From an uncultured delta proteobacterium (GTDB lineage: Bacteria; Myxococcota_A; Polyangia; Fen-1088): DNA of 64,000 nucleotides. This document shows, piece after piece, positions 32,629 to 43,007 of the stretch. The notes under the pieces were generated by a model. That model was not told the DNA's origin and searched no databases. It saw only the letters and a program-made list of their open reading frames with translations. Each line of letters opens with the position of its first letter. Position 1 is the stretch's first letter. The position numbers and the translations under genes were made by a program. Where the stretch lies: contig CAVRSU010000011.1 of NCBI GenBank assembly GCA_963723955.1, positions 25,509 to 89,508 of the forward strand. The letters are read 5' to 3'.

Positions 32629-33861
32629 ATGAACTTCACCTCTTTTCGAAAGACCGGGAGCTGGAAGAGTCTGCTCTCGGCCTTTCTGTACTTCGACGTT
32701 AGCTTCATGATTTGGGTCCTGTGCGGTGCGGTGGCGCTCTACATTTCCTCGGATTTCAAACTCAACGACGCGCAGAAGGCGCTCATGGTGTCGATCCCGA
32801 CCTTGGGTGGTGCCCTGCTGCGCATTCCCATGGGAATCCTCGCGGATCGTATCGGTTGCCGAAACACCGGACTGCTAGGCATGGCCATCACCTTCGTGCC
32901 GCTCGCCTGGGCGTGCTTTGCGGGCACGAGTTTTCACCAGGCCCTGGGATTTGGGCTGGTGCTCGGCGTGGCCGGCGCCAGCTTCGGCGTGGCGCTGCCG
33001 CTGGCCAGTCGCTGGTATCCGCCCAAGTACCAAGGCATGGCCATGGGCATCGCCGGGGCTGGCAACAGCGGCACGGCGCTTTCCACCTTCTTTGCCCCGC
33101 ACATCGCCGAGAAATTCGGATGGCACGCCGTCTTCGGTTTCGCGATGATTCCGCTGGCGCTCGTCTTCATCGCCTACTTCGTGTTGGCCAAGGACGCTCC
33201 CGACCGCCCAGCGCCCAAGAAATTGTCCGAATACCTGGCCATCTTCGGCCAGCTCGACATCGCCTGGTTTTCTCTGCTCTATGCGGTCACCTTTGGTGGC
33301 TTCGTCGGCCTCTCGACCTACCTCGGCATCGTCTTCTTCGACATCTACGGCGTGAAGGCCGTGGTGGGGGGACTTACCAAGGTTCAGGTCGGCTATCTGG
33401 TAACAGCGACGGTCATCGCCGGAAGTTTCTTCCGTCCCGTGGGTGGCTGGATCGCCGACAAGATCGGCGGCATGCGCCTCCTCACCGTGCTTTACGCCGT
33501 GGTGGCACTATGCTCGTTCTTGATCGCGAGCATGCCACGCTCGTTCTTGCTCATGTTGCTCATTGCCAGCGTGATGATGGCCTGTCTCGGCATGGGGAAC
33601 GGCGCCGTCTTTCAGCTCGTCCCTCAGCGTTTCAAGAAGGAGATCGGCGTGGCCACGGGCATCGTCGGCGCGGCGGGCGGCTTCGGCGGTTTCGCCTTGA
33701 CCAATTTCGTGCTGGGCCCGCTCAAGCAGGGCACGGGAAGCCACGTGGCGGGATTCTTGGCCGTGGCCTTCGTCGTGCTCTTGGTGCTCGGGATCTTCTC
33801 TTTCGTCAGCATCCGCTGGCGGCGAGGCTGGGCCGCGCAGACCGAAGCTGTTAGATACTAA
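32629..33861 (+). CDS. narK: NarK/NasA-family nitrate/nitrite MFS transporter
   Basis: LRIPMG, GIAGAGNSG, TFGGFVG, FRPVGG, GMGNGAVFQLVP nitrate-transporter signatures; AAGGAG RBS. Confidence 0.93.
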   Translation: MNFTSFRKTGSWKSLLSAFLYFDVSFMIWVLCGAVALYISSDFKLNDAQKALMVSIPTLGGALLRIPMGILADRIGCRNTGLLGMAITFVPLAWACFAGTSFHQALGFGLVLGVAGASFGVALPLASRWYPPKYQGMAMGIAGAGNSGTALSTFFAPHIAEKFGWHAVFGFAMIPLALVFIAYFVLAKDAPDRPAPKKLSEYLAIFGQLDIAWFSLLYAVTFGGFVGLSTYLGIVFFDIYGVKAVVGGLTKVQVGYLVTATVIAGSFFRPVGGWIADKIGGMRLLTVLYAVVALCSFLIASMPRSFLLMLLIASVMMACLGMGNGAVFQLVPQRFKKEIGVATGIVGAAGGFGGFALTNFVLGPLKQGTGSHVAGFLAVAFVVLLVLGIFSFVSIRWRRGWAAQTEAVRY

Positions 33862-33868
33862 ACACTGT

Positions 33869-36800
33869 ATGGGCATTGCCGCGACCCCAAGTACCCATCG
33901 AACAACCTGCTGCTACTGTGGCGTCGGCTGCGGAATTCTTGTTCGCAAGAATCGGGCCGGCGCCCTATCTGTTGAAGGAGATCCCGACCACCCGGTCAAT
34001 CGCGGCAAGCTTTGCTCCAAGGGACTGAACCTGCACACCACGGTGGACGACCGTTCGGACCGGTTGCTCCATCCAGAGTTACGCGAATCACGTTTGGCGC
34101 CGCGCAGGCGGGTGGGCTGGGACGAGGCGCTCGACAAGGTGGTCAGCGTCTTTCGCACCACGATGGAGAAGCACGGTCCGAGCTCGGTCGGCCTCTATGT
34201 GTCGGGGCAGTGTTTGACTGAGGAGTATTACCTCGCCAACAAGATCGCCAAGGGCTTCCTCGGCACCAACAACATCGACACCAATTCACGCTTGTGCATG
34301 AGCTCGGCGGTGGCCGGCTACAAGCTGGCGCTTGGCGAGGATTGCGTTCCTGGAACCTACGAAGACCTGGACCTCGCCGATTTGTATTTTGTTGCCGGCG
34401 CCAATCCCGCCTGGTGCCATCCCATCCTCTTTCGCCGCATGGAGGATAGGCTGCAGCGCGAGCCCAAGTCGGCGCGCATGATCGTCGTGGATCCGCGCCG
34501 TACCCAAAGCGCGGCCATGGCGGATCTGCACTTGCAGATCCAACCGGGCACGGACATCACGCTTTTCCATGCCATCGCGCGCAGGCTGATCGAGTCTGAT
34601 TTCGTCGACAGCGATTTCGTTCACGACCACGGCGAAGGCTTCGACGAGTTGCGCACGCGCGTTTGCGGCAGGACTCTGACCGAGGCAGCCGCCATCTGCC
34701 GTGTCGATGCCGCGGCCATCGAAACTGCGGCCAGGTGGATCGGCGAGTCGAAGGGTTTTGTCTCGCTTTGGGCCATGGGGCTCAACCAGAGCATGGTGGG
34801 CGTGAACAAGAATCTCGCCCTCATCAATCTGCACCTCTTGACCGGCAAGATCGGCAAACCCGGTCACGGCCCCTTCAGCCTGACCGGGCAGCCCAACGCC
34901 ATGGGTGGCCGTGAAGTGGGCGGCATGGCGAATCTGATGAGCGCCCACCGCGACATGAAGAACCCCATCCATCGCGACGAGATCGCGCGCTTTTGGGGCG
35001 TGCCCAGCGTGCCTGAGGCGCCGGGGCTTACGGCGGGCGAGATGATGGATGCGCTCTGCGACGGGCGACTCAAGGCCCTGTGGGTGATCTGCACCAATCC
35101 CCTCGTGAGCTGGCCGGATCTGACGAAGGCCGAGCGCGCGCTTGCGAGTGCCGAGTTCGTGGTGGTGCAAGACATTTCGATGCGCTCCGATACCCTGCGC
35201 TTCGCCGATGTGGTGTTGCCTGCCGCGGGTTGGCTCGAAAAAGAAGGGACCATGACCAACTCTGAGCGGCGCATCACCTACCTTTCGCCGGTGGTGGCGC
35301 CACCCGGAGAAGCCCTTCCCGACGGAGAAATTTTGCTACGCTTTGCCCGTAAGATGGGCTGGCACAAGCACTTCGACTACCAAGGCATGGCCGACGTCTA
35401 CCGCGAGCACGCGGCCCTGACCCAGGGCACGTCCATCGACATCAGCGGGCTCGACTACGGCCGGCTGAAACGGGAAGGCTCGGTGCAGTGGCCGGTGCCG
35501 CACGCCGAGCATCCGGGCACGCCGCGGCTTTTCACCGACGGCCGCTTCTATCGGCCGAACGGGCGGGCCAAGCTGCACGCCGTCCCGGATGACAACACCT
35601 CGGCGCCACCCAGCCCGGACTTTCCGCTCGTGCTCACCACCGGGAGAATTCGAGATCAGTGGCACACCATGACCCGGACTGGAAAGGTCGCCAAGTTGCG
35701 CAGCCACGATCCCCAGGCCCGCCTCGACATGCACCCGGGCGACGCTGCGGCTCGCGACATCGGCGAAGGCAACCTGGTGACGGTTTGCAGCCCGCGCGGC
35801 GAGGTGCGCCTGCGCGCGCGGTTGACCGAGGACATCAAGCCGGGCGTGGTGTTCCTGCCCATGCACTGGGGTCGCATCCTCGACCGCGACGACGTGCGCG
35901 CCAACAACCTCACCGAGGCGCGCTGGGATCCCATTTCCAAGGAGCCCGATCTGAAATTCACCACCGTCGAGGTGGTGCGCTTCCAGTCGCCGCGGCGAAA
36001 GATCGTGGTGGTCGGGGCGGGCGCGGCGGCGCTGGCGTTTCTGCGCGCGTACCGGCAGGACAATCAGGACGACGAGATCGTCGTGTTCAGCAAGGAGGAG
36101 ATCCCGTTCTACGACCGGGTTCGCTTGCCCGGGATCGTGGAGAGCAACGCTGACTGGCAATCCCTGGTCGTGCTGGGGCGGGACGAGGCCGAGTCCCTGC
36201 GCGTGCAGGTATCCAGCCCATGCGCCATCGTCGAAGTGGACCGCGCGCAGAAGCGCGTCCTCGATTCGCGCAGGCAGTGGCACGGCTATGATGTGCTGGT
36301 GCTGGCCACCGGCAGTCGGGCCGCGTGGCCCAAGGACACGCCCAAGAATCAGCGCGGCTTGCATGCCTTGCGCAGTTTCGCGGATGCGCAGGATATCTTG
36401 CGCTCGGTGGCCACCGGCCGAAGCGTGGCGATCGTCGGCGGCGGGCTTATCGGCATCGAATTGGGCGCCGTCCTGCGCGCCAAGGGACTCGATGTCCACA
36501 TCATTCAGCGTTCGGCCCAGCTGATGAACAAACAGCTGGACGAGGTCGCGGCCGAAATCCTGCGCGACGAGCTCGTCGACCGCGGCATCCACATCCACTT
36601 TCTCGAGCAGGTCGTCATGTGGAAGGGTGAAGGGTGGATCGACGAAGTGTTCCTGGCCTCGGGCAAGATCCTGCGCGATGTGACGTTGATCTACGCCATG
36701 GGTACGGTCCCGAACGTCGAGCTGGCCGGCGCCTGCGGTCTGATGGTCAATCGCGGCGTTGTGGTAGACCTGGCCATGCGCACGAGCGATCCTGACATCC

Positions 36801-37411
36801 TCGCCTTGGGCGAAATCGCCGAGCTCGACGGTCAGCTTCATGGCATCACCGCCGCCGCCGAAGAGCAAGCGTGGGTGGCGGCGGCGGCCTTGGCCGGAGA
36901 CGCGCAGGCCGTGTACCAAGGTTCGATGGCGCAGAACTTGGTCAAGGTGGACGGGCTCGCGGTGGTGAGCCTGGGCATTGCGCGGCCACCCGCCGATGAC
37001 TTGAGCTACGAGGAGATCGTCTACCTGGACCGAGCATCCCGCGTGTATCGAAAGTGCGTAATTCGCAACGACCGGTTGGTCGGCGCCCTACTGGTGGGCG
37101 ACAACAGCGACTTCGTTCAGTTGCGTGACCTTATTCGCAGCGGCGAAGAGCTCGGAGCTCGGCGCGCAGCCCTGTTGCGCGGGAATTCGAGAACCTCGCC
37201 GCGTGTTGGAGGCAAGATCGTGTGCAGCTGTACCTCCGTCGACGAAGGCGCCATTGGCCAGGCCTGCGAGCGCGGCGCCACGACCCTGCGAACCCTCATG
37301 GACGCCACGGGGGCGGGGACCGGCTGTGGCAGTTGTCGTCCCGAGATCGCCTCCATTCTGAAAACGCGCACGGCGGCTCCCGTCCAAGTCATCACGCGGG
37401 AGGCGTCGTGA
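33869..37411 (+). CDS. nasA: Assimilatory nitrate reductase fused to an FAD/NAD(P)H oxidoreductase and a BFD domain
   Basis: CCYCGVGC..LCSKG, NSRLCMSSA, GQPNAMGGRE, TTGRIRDQWHTMTRTG; then GAGAAA, GGGLIGIE and CSC..GTGCGSC. Confidence 0.93.
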   Translation: MGIAATPSTHRTTCCYCGVGCGILVRKNRAGALSVEGDPDHPVNRGKLCSKGLNLHTTVDDRSDRLLHPELRESRLAPRRRVGWDEALDKVVSVFRTTMEKHGPSSVGLYVSGQCLTEEYYLANKIAKGFLGTNNIDTNSRLCMSSAVAGYKLALGEDCVPGTYEDLDLADLYFVAGANPAWCHPILFRRMEDRLQREPKSARMIVVDPRRTQSAAMADLHLQIQPGTDITLFHAIARRLIESDFVDSDFVHDHGEGFDELRTRVCGRTLTEAAAICRVDAAAIETAARWIGESKGFVSLWAMGLNQSMVGVNKNLALINLHLLTGKIGKPGHGPFSLTGQPNAMGGREVGGMANLMSAHRDMKNPIHRDEIARFWGVPSVPEAPGLTAGEMMDALCDGRLKALWVICTNPLVSWPDLTKAERALASAEFVVVQDISMRSDTLRFADVVLPAAGWLEKEGTMTNSERRITYLSPVVAPPGEALPDGEILLRFARKMGWHKHFDYQGMADVYREHAALTQGTSIDISGLDYGRLKREGSVQWPVPHAEHPGTPRLFTDGRFYRPNGRAKLHAVPDDNTSAPPSPDFPLVLTTGRIRDQWHTMTRTGKVAKLRSHDPQARLDMHPGDAAARDIGEGNLVTVCSPRGEVRLRARLTEDIKPGVVFLPMHWGRILDRDDVRANNLTEARWDPISKEPDLKFTTVEVVRFQSPRRKIVVVGAGAAALAFLRAYRQDNQDDEIVVFSKEEIPFYDRVRLPGIVESNADWQSLVVLGRDEAESLRVQVSSPCAIVEVDRAQKRVLDSRRQWHGYDVLVLATGSRAAWPKDTPKNQRGLHALRSFADAQDILRSVATGRSVAIVGGGLIGIELGAVLRAKGLDVHIIQRSAQLMNKQLDEVAAEILRDELVDRGIHIHFLEQVVMWKGEGWIDEVFLASGKILRDVTLIYAMGTVPNVELAGACGLMVNRGVVVDLAMRTSDPDILALGEIAELDGQLHGITAAAEEQAWVAAAALAGDAQAVYQGSMAQNLVKVDGLAVVSLGIARPPADDLSYEEIVYLDRASRVYRKCVIRNDRLVGALLVGDNSDFVQLRDLIRSGEELGARRAALLRGNSRTSPRVGGKIVCSCTSVDEGAIGQACERGATTLRTLMDATGAGTGCGSCRPEIASILKTRTAAPVQVITREAS

Positions 37412-38457
37412 TTTCGCTCTCGCGGCGAAGCCATGCCACACCCGCACCGGAAAGCACGGTGCTGGATGCACGCGATCGTCCCTTGCGCGACATTCGTATC
37501 TCGCTCACCGACCACTGCAATTTGCGTTGCACCTACTGCATGCCCAAGGAAACCTTCGGACCTGGGTATGCCTTCCTGCCCGACGACAAGCTGCTGACCT
37601 TCGAGGAAATCGCCAACCTGGTGCAGATTCTTGCCGGGATGGGCGTGCGCAAGGTGAAGCTGACTGGTGGCGAGCCGCTGAGCCGGCCGTTTCTCCCCCG
37701 GCTCATCCAGATGTTGCACGCGGCTGCGCCTGACTTGGAGGTCAATCTCATCACCAACGGCCTCTTGCTTGCGCCTCTGGTCGAGCGTTTGCGCGAGTCG
37801 GGCCTCGACCGGCTGACCGTGAGTCTCGACACCCTATCCGCCGAACGCTTCGCGACCATCAGCGGCCGCGGCCGGCAGCTCGACAAGGTGCTGGCCGGGA
37901 TCGCCGACGCGCGACAGGCTGGCTTTCGCCCGCTCAAGATCAACATGGTGGTGATCCGTGGCGTCAACGACGACGAGGTCGAGGCCGTGGCGGACGCTTT
38001 CCGCCATCCCGATACCATCGTGCGCTTCATCGAATACATGGATGTGGGCACGCGCAATGGTTGGCGAAGAACCGATGTGGTGCCCGCGGCGGACATCCTC
38101 GCCCGTTTACGCAAAGTCGCCGCGCTCGTGCCAGTCGATGCCTCCTATCGAGGCGAAACCGCCAAACGCTACCGCTACCTCGACGGCTCGGGCGAAATCG
38201 GATTCATCGCCAGCATCACGCAACCGTTTTGCGGCGACTGCAGCCGGCTGCGCCTATCCGCCGACGGCAAGCTCTACACGTGTCTGTTTTCCAAGGATGG
38301 CTTCGACGCCAAGAGACTGCTCCGAGGCAAGACCGATCCGGGCGATGTGCGCGCCGCCCTCGTCGACTTGTGGAAAGGGCGTAGCGACCAGTATTCCGTC
38401 GAGCGTGCCCATGCTCCGGCGCACAAGAAGATCGAGATGTTCTACATCGGAGGTTGA
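37408..38457 (+). CDS. moaA: GTP 3',8-cyclase
   Basis: CNLRCTYC, TGGEP, FCGDCSRLR..C, C-terminal IGG; GTGA overlap with nasA. Confidence 0.95.
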   Translation: MISLSRRSHATPAPESTVLDARDRPLRDIRISLTDHCNLRCTYCMPKETFGPGYAFLPDDKLLTFEEIANLVQILAGMGVRKVKLTGGEPLSRPFLPRLIQMLHAAAPDLEVNLITNGLLLAPLVERLRESGLDRLTVSLDTLSAERFATISGRGRQLDKVLAGIADARQAGFRPLKINMVVIRGVNDDEVEAVADAFRHPDTIVRFIEYMDVGTRNGWRRTDVVPAADILARLRKVAALVPVDASYRGETAKRYRYLDGSGEIGFIASITQPFCGDCSRLRLSADGKLYTCLFSKDGFDAKRLLRGKTDPGDVRAALVDLWKGRSDQYSVERAHAPAHKKIEMFYIGG

Positions 38458-38458
38458 A

Positions 38459-38965
38459 TTGGAAGCCGACACACCCGCGCTCAGCCACCTCGACCCGCAG
38501 GGCAACCCGCGGATGGTCGATATTTCGGACAAGACCATCACGCACCGGAGCGCCCGTGCGCGTGCCGAGGTTTGGTTTCCACCCGAGGTGGCCGCTCGGC
38601 TCGGCTTGGATCGCGTCTCGAGTGCAAGCGACGTACGCGGGCCAAAAGGATCGGTCTTTCACACCGCCAGTCTTGCCGGCGTGATGGCAGCCAAGCGCAC
38701 GCACGAGCTCATCCCACTCTGCCATTCTCTGCCTCTCGACAATGTGAAGGTCGACCTGCGCGCCGCGGGCGCAGGCGTTGTGGAAATTACCAGCGATTGT
38801 CGCGCCATCCACCACACGGGCGTCGAAATGGAAGCCCTCACCGCCGCCAGCGTGGCTGCGCTGACGGTCTACGACATGTGCAAGGCACTGTCGCACGCCA
38901 TCGAGATTCGTTCGGTTTTTCTATTGGCCAAATCCGGCGGCAAACACGACTATGCACGACTCTGA
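38459..38965 (+). CDS. moaC: Cyclic pyranopterin monophosphate synthase
   Basis: LSHLD..RMVDIS, LIPLCH, TGVEMEALT, YDMCKA, KSGGK; TTG start after GGAGG. Confidence 0.95.
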   Translation: MEADTPALSHLDPQGNPRMVDISDKTITHRSARARAEVWFPPEVAARLGLDRVSSASDVRGPKGSVFHTASLAGVMAAKRTHELIPLCHSLPLDNVKVDLRAAGAGVVEITSDCRAIHHTGVEMEALTAASVAALTVYDMCKALSHAIEIRSVFLLAKSGGKHDYARL

Positions 38966-40136
38966 TCACCATTCACGCTCATCTGCTGCGCGCATCCGTC
39001 GCTCCTGGCGGTTCAATCCTTTTGAAATCGCAGTGTGCGGCTACAAGAACAGTGGCAAGACCACACTGCTCGAAGGCGTGACCGGCCACCTCGCGCCAGA
39101 CTTGAGTCTGGCCTATCTGAAACACGACGCGCACGACTTCGCCATGGATCATCCGGGGAAGGACACCGATCGCCTTAGCAAAGCAGGAGCAACGACGGTT
39201 GTCATCACGGGGAGCAGCGGATTTGCTCGTCTCGACGGCCACTGCGACACAGAACAGCTGTCGCCCTATAATCTGCTAGCGGCCGACGCCCTATTGGTCG
39301 AAGGGTACAAGGCGAGCGATCTTCCCCGCATCATGGTCCTCGATGAGAATCTGGCGATTGTCGACGATGCGGCGTGGTTGGAAGCGCCCCCGGTGGCTGT
39401 CGCGCATCCCTTCCCTCCGCACAGTGCGGACGAAACCCGCGCCCTCGCGATCGTGCAATGCCATTTTGGGGAATTGCCTTGGTTCGACCGGAACGACATC
39501 GAAGCCATTGCGAGTTTCATTCGCCAGTTCTGGCTAGACCGCCGACCCGTGGTGCGTGGATTGCTTCTGACGGGTGGATATTCCAAGCGCATGGGGCGAG
39601 ACAAAGCACTTGTCGACTACCATGGGTGTACGCAAGTCGAGCATGGGTTCCGATTGCTTTCCCGCCACTGCACCGATGTTCTGGTTTCGTGCCGGCCGGA
39701 CCAAGTCAACGAATCCGTGCGCAGCACCTACCCCTGCCTTGTCGACCGGTTCCTCGGCGTGGGTCCGACCGGTGGAATCTTGAGCGCCTTGGCCAGTGAT
39801 GAAAGCCATGGCCAGGCCTGGCTGGTCATGGCCTGCGATCTGCCACGCGTCGATGGGGACGTCTTGAATCGCTTGCTGGCCGGGCGCAACCCATTCAAGT
39901 TCGCCAGCGCATTCCAAGGCAGCGACGGATTTCCAGAACCCCTGTGCACGATTTGGGAGCCCAAATCCTACCCTCGGCTGCTGCAGTTTCTCGGCATGGG
40001 ACATTCGTGTCCGCGCAAGTGCCTCATCCATTCGCCGATCGCGCTCATCGACGCTGCCGCCCCGAGCGCTCTTGAAAACGGCAACGACCTGCAAGATTTC
40101 CGCCGGATTCGCCATGATCTCCACATCCGAAGCTGA
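38952..40136 (+). CDS. mobA: MobB-MobA fusion (Mo cofactor guanylyltransferase)
   Basis: GYKNSGKTT, KHDAH..DHPGKDT, VEGYK (MobB); LTGGYSKRMGRDKA, ACDLP, EPLC (MobA). Confidence 0.9.
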   Translation: MHDSDHHSRSSAARIRRSWRFNPFEIAVCGYKNSGKTTLLEGVTGHLAPDLSLAYLKHDAHDFAMDHPGKDTDRLSKAGATTVVITGSSGFARLDGHCDTEQLSPYNLLAADALLVEGYKASDLPRIMVLDENLAIVDDAAWLEAPPVAVAHPFPPHSADETRALAIVQCHFGELPWFDRNDIEAIASFIRQFWLDRRPVVRGLLLTGGYSKRMGRDKALVDYHGCTQVEHGFRLLSRHCTDVLVSCRPDQVNESVRSTYPCLVDRFLGVGPTGGILSALASDESHGQAWLVMACDLPRVDGDVLNRLLAGRNPFKFASAFQGSDGFPEPLCTIWEPKSYPRLLQFLGMGHSCPRKCLIHSPIALIDAAAPSALENGNDLQDFRRIRHDLHIRS

Positions 40137-41361
40137 CCGACTTATCGACCAGACCCTTGCCCAGCACTGGAAGTCAAGGAAGTGCGTGGACGTGCCGGTG
40201 GCGCTGTCCATTGGTCGCGTCCTGGGGAGTGACATCTTTGCGGACAGCGATCAGCCGCCCTTCGATCGAGTTGCCATGGACGGCGTTGCCATCGTGTTCG
40301 ACGAAGGGGAAACCGAAGCCTGGCGGACGGTTTTCCCCATCGCAGGCAGGTTGCCCGCTGGCGTGGCCCGACCCGAGGGCATGGTCCGCCCCGGATCCAG
40401 CGCCGTTATCGAGGTCATGACCGGCGCGGCCCTGCCTAAGCCGTGGAATGCGGTCGTGCCTTGGGAAGATGTTGAACCCACCGGCGATGGCGGATGGCGA
40501 CTGCGCCAGGATGTTCGCGTCGCGCGCGGCATGAATATTCATGTCCGCGCCACCGACTACCGTAGGGGCGACTCACTGCTCGCGAAGGGGACTCGCATCC
40601 ATGCGCCCGACGTTCACATCCTCGCCAGTGTGGGCTGCAGTGCGGTTCCCGTCGTCCCATTCCCGGGTGTGTTTCTGGTGGCGACAGGCGACGAACTGGT
40701 CGACGTAGCGGCCACGCCGTCTCCCTACCAGATCCGCATGTCGAACATGGTCGCGCTCGAAGCCTGCCTGCGCCGCGCTGGGTTTCCCGTTGGCAAGGCC
40801 ATGCATCTGCCAGATCGAGAAGAGCCTTTGCGCAGCGGCCTAGTCGAAGCGTTGGCGGAAAGCGACGTGCTCTTGATCAGCGGAGGCGTCTCGAAGGGAA
40901 GCAAAGACCTTGTTCCGCCTGTCCTGCTTTCTTTGGGATGCACGCGCGTGTTTCATGGGGTTGCGCACAAGCCTGGCAAGCCCATGTGGTTCGGCTTTTC
41001 CGCGCAAGGCTCGATCATCTTCGCCCTACCGGGAAATCCAGTGTCGTCGCTGGTGTGCTTTCTTCGTTATGTGTTGCCACGACTGCGTTCTTGGGGCGAG
41101 CCGCGCAATGCTCGCGGTGCGTTTGCGAGCAGTCATGTCCTGCCATTGGTTGGCCCCGCGGAGGCCCGGGAGGGATACGCACTGTTCTTGCCAGCACTGC
41201 TCGAACCTCGACCCGACGGAAGCGCGGGCGTGCGTCTTCGCAAAAGCGGAGGCTCGGGCAACTTCGCCGGGCTCCATCCGTCGGATGGCATCGTCGAGCT
41301 TCCCGCTGGAACCGGAGACCTGCCCGCGGGAGCACCTGTACGATTCTTTCCGTGGCCTTGA
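40114..41361 (+). CDS. moeA: Molybdopterin molybdotransferase
   Basis: PPFDRVAMDG, MTGAALP, TGDELV, SGGVSKG, KPGKP, LPGNPVS. Confidence 0.95.
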   Translation: MISTSEADRLIDQTLAQHWKSRKCVDVPVALSIGRVLGSDIFADSDQPPFDRVAMDGVAIVFDEGETEAWRTVFPIAGRLPAGVARPEGMVRPGSSAVIEVMTGAALPKPWNAVVPWEDVEPTGDGGWRLRQDVRVARGMNIHVRATDYRRGDSLLAKGTRIHAPDVHILASVGCSAVPVVPFPGVFLVATGDELVDVAATPSPYQIRMSNMVALEACLRRAGFPVGKAMHLPDREEPLRSGLVEALAESDVLLISGGVSKGSKDLVPPVLLSLGCTRVFHGVAHKPGKPMWFGFSAQGSIIFALPGNPVSSLVCFLRYVLPRLRSWGEPRNARGAFASSHVLPLVGPAEAREGYALFLPALLEPRPDGSAGVRLRKSGGSGNFAGLHPSDGIVELPAGTGDLPAGAPVRFFPWP

Positions 41362-41378
41362 ATAGAGGAGAATGACCC

Positions 41379-41618
41379 ATGCACATCCAAGTGGGCTACT
41401 ACGCGATTCTGCGCGAACAGCGAGGGCTCGACCGCGAGATCCTGCAAGTTGAAAGCCCGGACCTGCGTCAGCTCTATCGCGACCTCGTCCGCAGGCACGC
41501 GCTATCGCTTGGCGAGAGGCACGTTCGTCCCGCCGTCAACGACGAATTCTGCGACTGGGATCGCGCACTGGCCGATGGGGATTTCGTCGTGTTCATACCT
41601 CCGGTCGCGGGCGGCTGA
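41379..41618 (+). CDS. moaD: Molybdopterin synthase sulfur carrier
   Basis: YYAILRE, AVNDEF, C-terminal PPVAGG. Confidence 0.95.
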   Translation: MHIQVGYYAILREQRGLDREILQVESPDLRQLYRDLVRRHALSLGERHVRPAVNDEFCDWDRALADGDFVVFIPPVAGG

Positions 41619-41630
41619 CGGAGGGATGCG

Positions 41631-42059
41631 GTGGAATCCCTTTTTGCCCTGTCGGTCGACCCCTTGCCGGCGGCACCGCCGTTTAGCGTTCCCACCAGCG
41701 TGGGCGCCATTGCGTGCTTCGAGGGCATCGTGCGCGACAACAACGAAGGCAAGTCGGTTGTGCGCCTCGAGTACTCGGCCTACCCGAAGCTCGCCGAACG
41801 TGAAGGCGCGCGCATTGTACGCGAGGCCATCGTTCGTTTCGGCCTGGCGAGCGCGGCCTGCATGCACCGAATCGGCGTGCTTGAAATTGGCGCCGTCGCG
41901 GTCAAGGTCTGGGCGGCCGCTGCCCACCGAGGGCCCGCGTTCGCGGCCTGCGCGTTCATCATCGACGAAGTGAAGGCAAGCGTGCCCATCTGGAAGAAGG
42001 AGGACTACCGCGACGGCGGGCAAGCTTGGGTGCGCTGCCAGCACACCCTCCTTGGGTAG
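41631..42059 (+). CDS. moaE: Molybdopterin synthase catalytic subunit
   Basis: GAIACFEGIVRD, LEYSAY, HRIG, AHR, VPIWKKE. Confidence 0.95.
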   Translation: MESLFALSVDPLPAAPPFSVPTSVGAIACFEGIVRDNNEGKSVVRLEYSAYPKLAEREGARIVREAIVRFGLASAACMHRIGVLEIGAVAVKVWAAAAHRGPAFAACAFIIDEVKASVPIWKKEDYRDGGQAWVRCQHTLLG

Positions 42060-42089
42060 AAACTGCAGATGTCCTGATCCGTCGCTGAG

Positions 42090-42737
42090 CTACTTCTTGC
42101 CGCTCTTCACTTCTTCCAGCCAGCTGGCAATCTTCTTCTCGCGTTTGTCCATCTCGGCGCGCACCTCGGCCAGGGGCTTCGTCTGGCCTTGGAAGAAGGC
42201 CACGATGGCTTCGGGGTAGTCGTTGGCCAGGAGGTTCAGGATCACGTCGTGATCCGTGCCGATGTTCGAGCTGCCGCCCTTGGGATCCATTGCGCGCAGG
42301 CTCGCGGCCTGGGCCTCGATGGCCTTGCGTTGCGACGTGGCCAGCTTGGTGAGCGTTTCCTCAGCCTCGATCTTGCCATTCAGCTTCTCGGCCGCGTGGT
42401 CGAGCGCCTCGCGCGTCTTCTTCTCGAACGCGACCAGGGCCAGGTGCTTGGGCAGCTTACCCTTGTCGAACTTGAGCAGGCGCGCATGCTCCTCGGCGGC
42501 GTTCTGCGCGGCCAGCTTCTCGTCGGCCTCCTTCTTCGCCTTCCAGATGGCGTACTTTTCCATCATGCCCAGGTGGGCATCGGCGGATCCCGCATCGACC
42601 GCCGGGCCGGGGGCTGCGGGCTTGGTCGGCTCTGGTTGGGCCGGAGTGGGCGCGAGCGGCTCTGACGGGGCGTTGTCCTTGCACCCGGTGGCCAGAAACA
42701 TCGCCGAGGCTGCCAAGAGGATTGTGGTCCGCTTCAT
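42090..42737 (-). CDS. Hypothetical helical lipoprotein
   Basis: MKRTTILLAASAMFLATGC lipobox; GGAG RBS; GC3-rich codons. Confidence 0.75.
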   Translation of the reverse strand: MKRTTILLAASAMFLATGCKDNAPSEPLAPTPAQPEPTKPAAPGPAVDAGSADAHLGMMEKYAIWKAKKEADEKLAAQNAAEEHARLLKFDKGKLPKHLALVAFEKKTREALDHAAEKLNGKIEAEETLTKLATSQRKAIEAQAASLRAMDPKGGSSNIGTDHDVILNLLANDYPEAIVAFFQGQTKPLAEVRAEMDKREKKIASWLEEVKSGKK

Positions 42738-43007
42738 GCTGTTCTCCCTGTGCTGTAAAGTTGAGGTTGCGCATGGGCCACCGCGAACTCGGCCCGACAC
42801 CACTGATTGTCGAGAGCAAGGCGCCGGGAGTCAACCCGAAGTTTGCTGTCGAAGTTTGCTGCCGAAGTGAAGCCACGGTCCGCCGGCGCGAGCGATGGCA
42901 GCATCACCCTCGATGGGCGGCCCTGTGGTCGCCTAAAGCCGAGCGTACAAATCGCCGATAGTGCGATGAGTTGGCCCGGTTGCACCCAGCCGGATGAACC
43001 AGGATCG

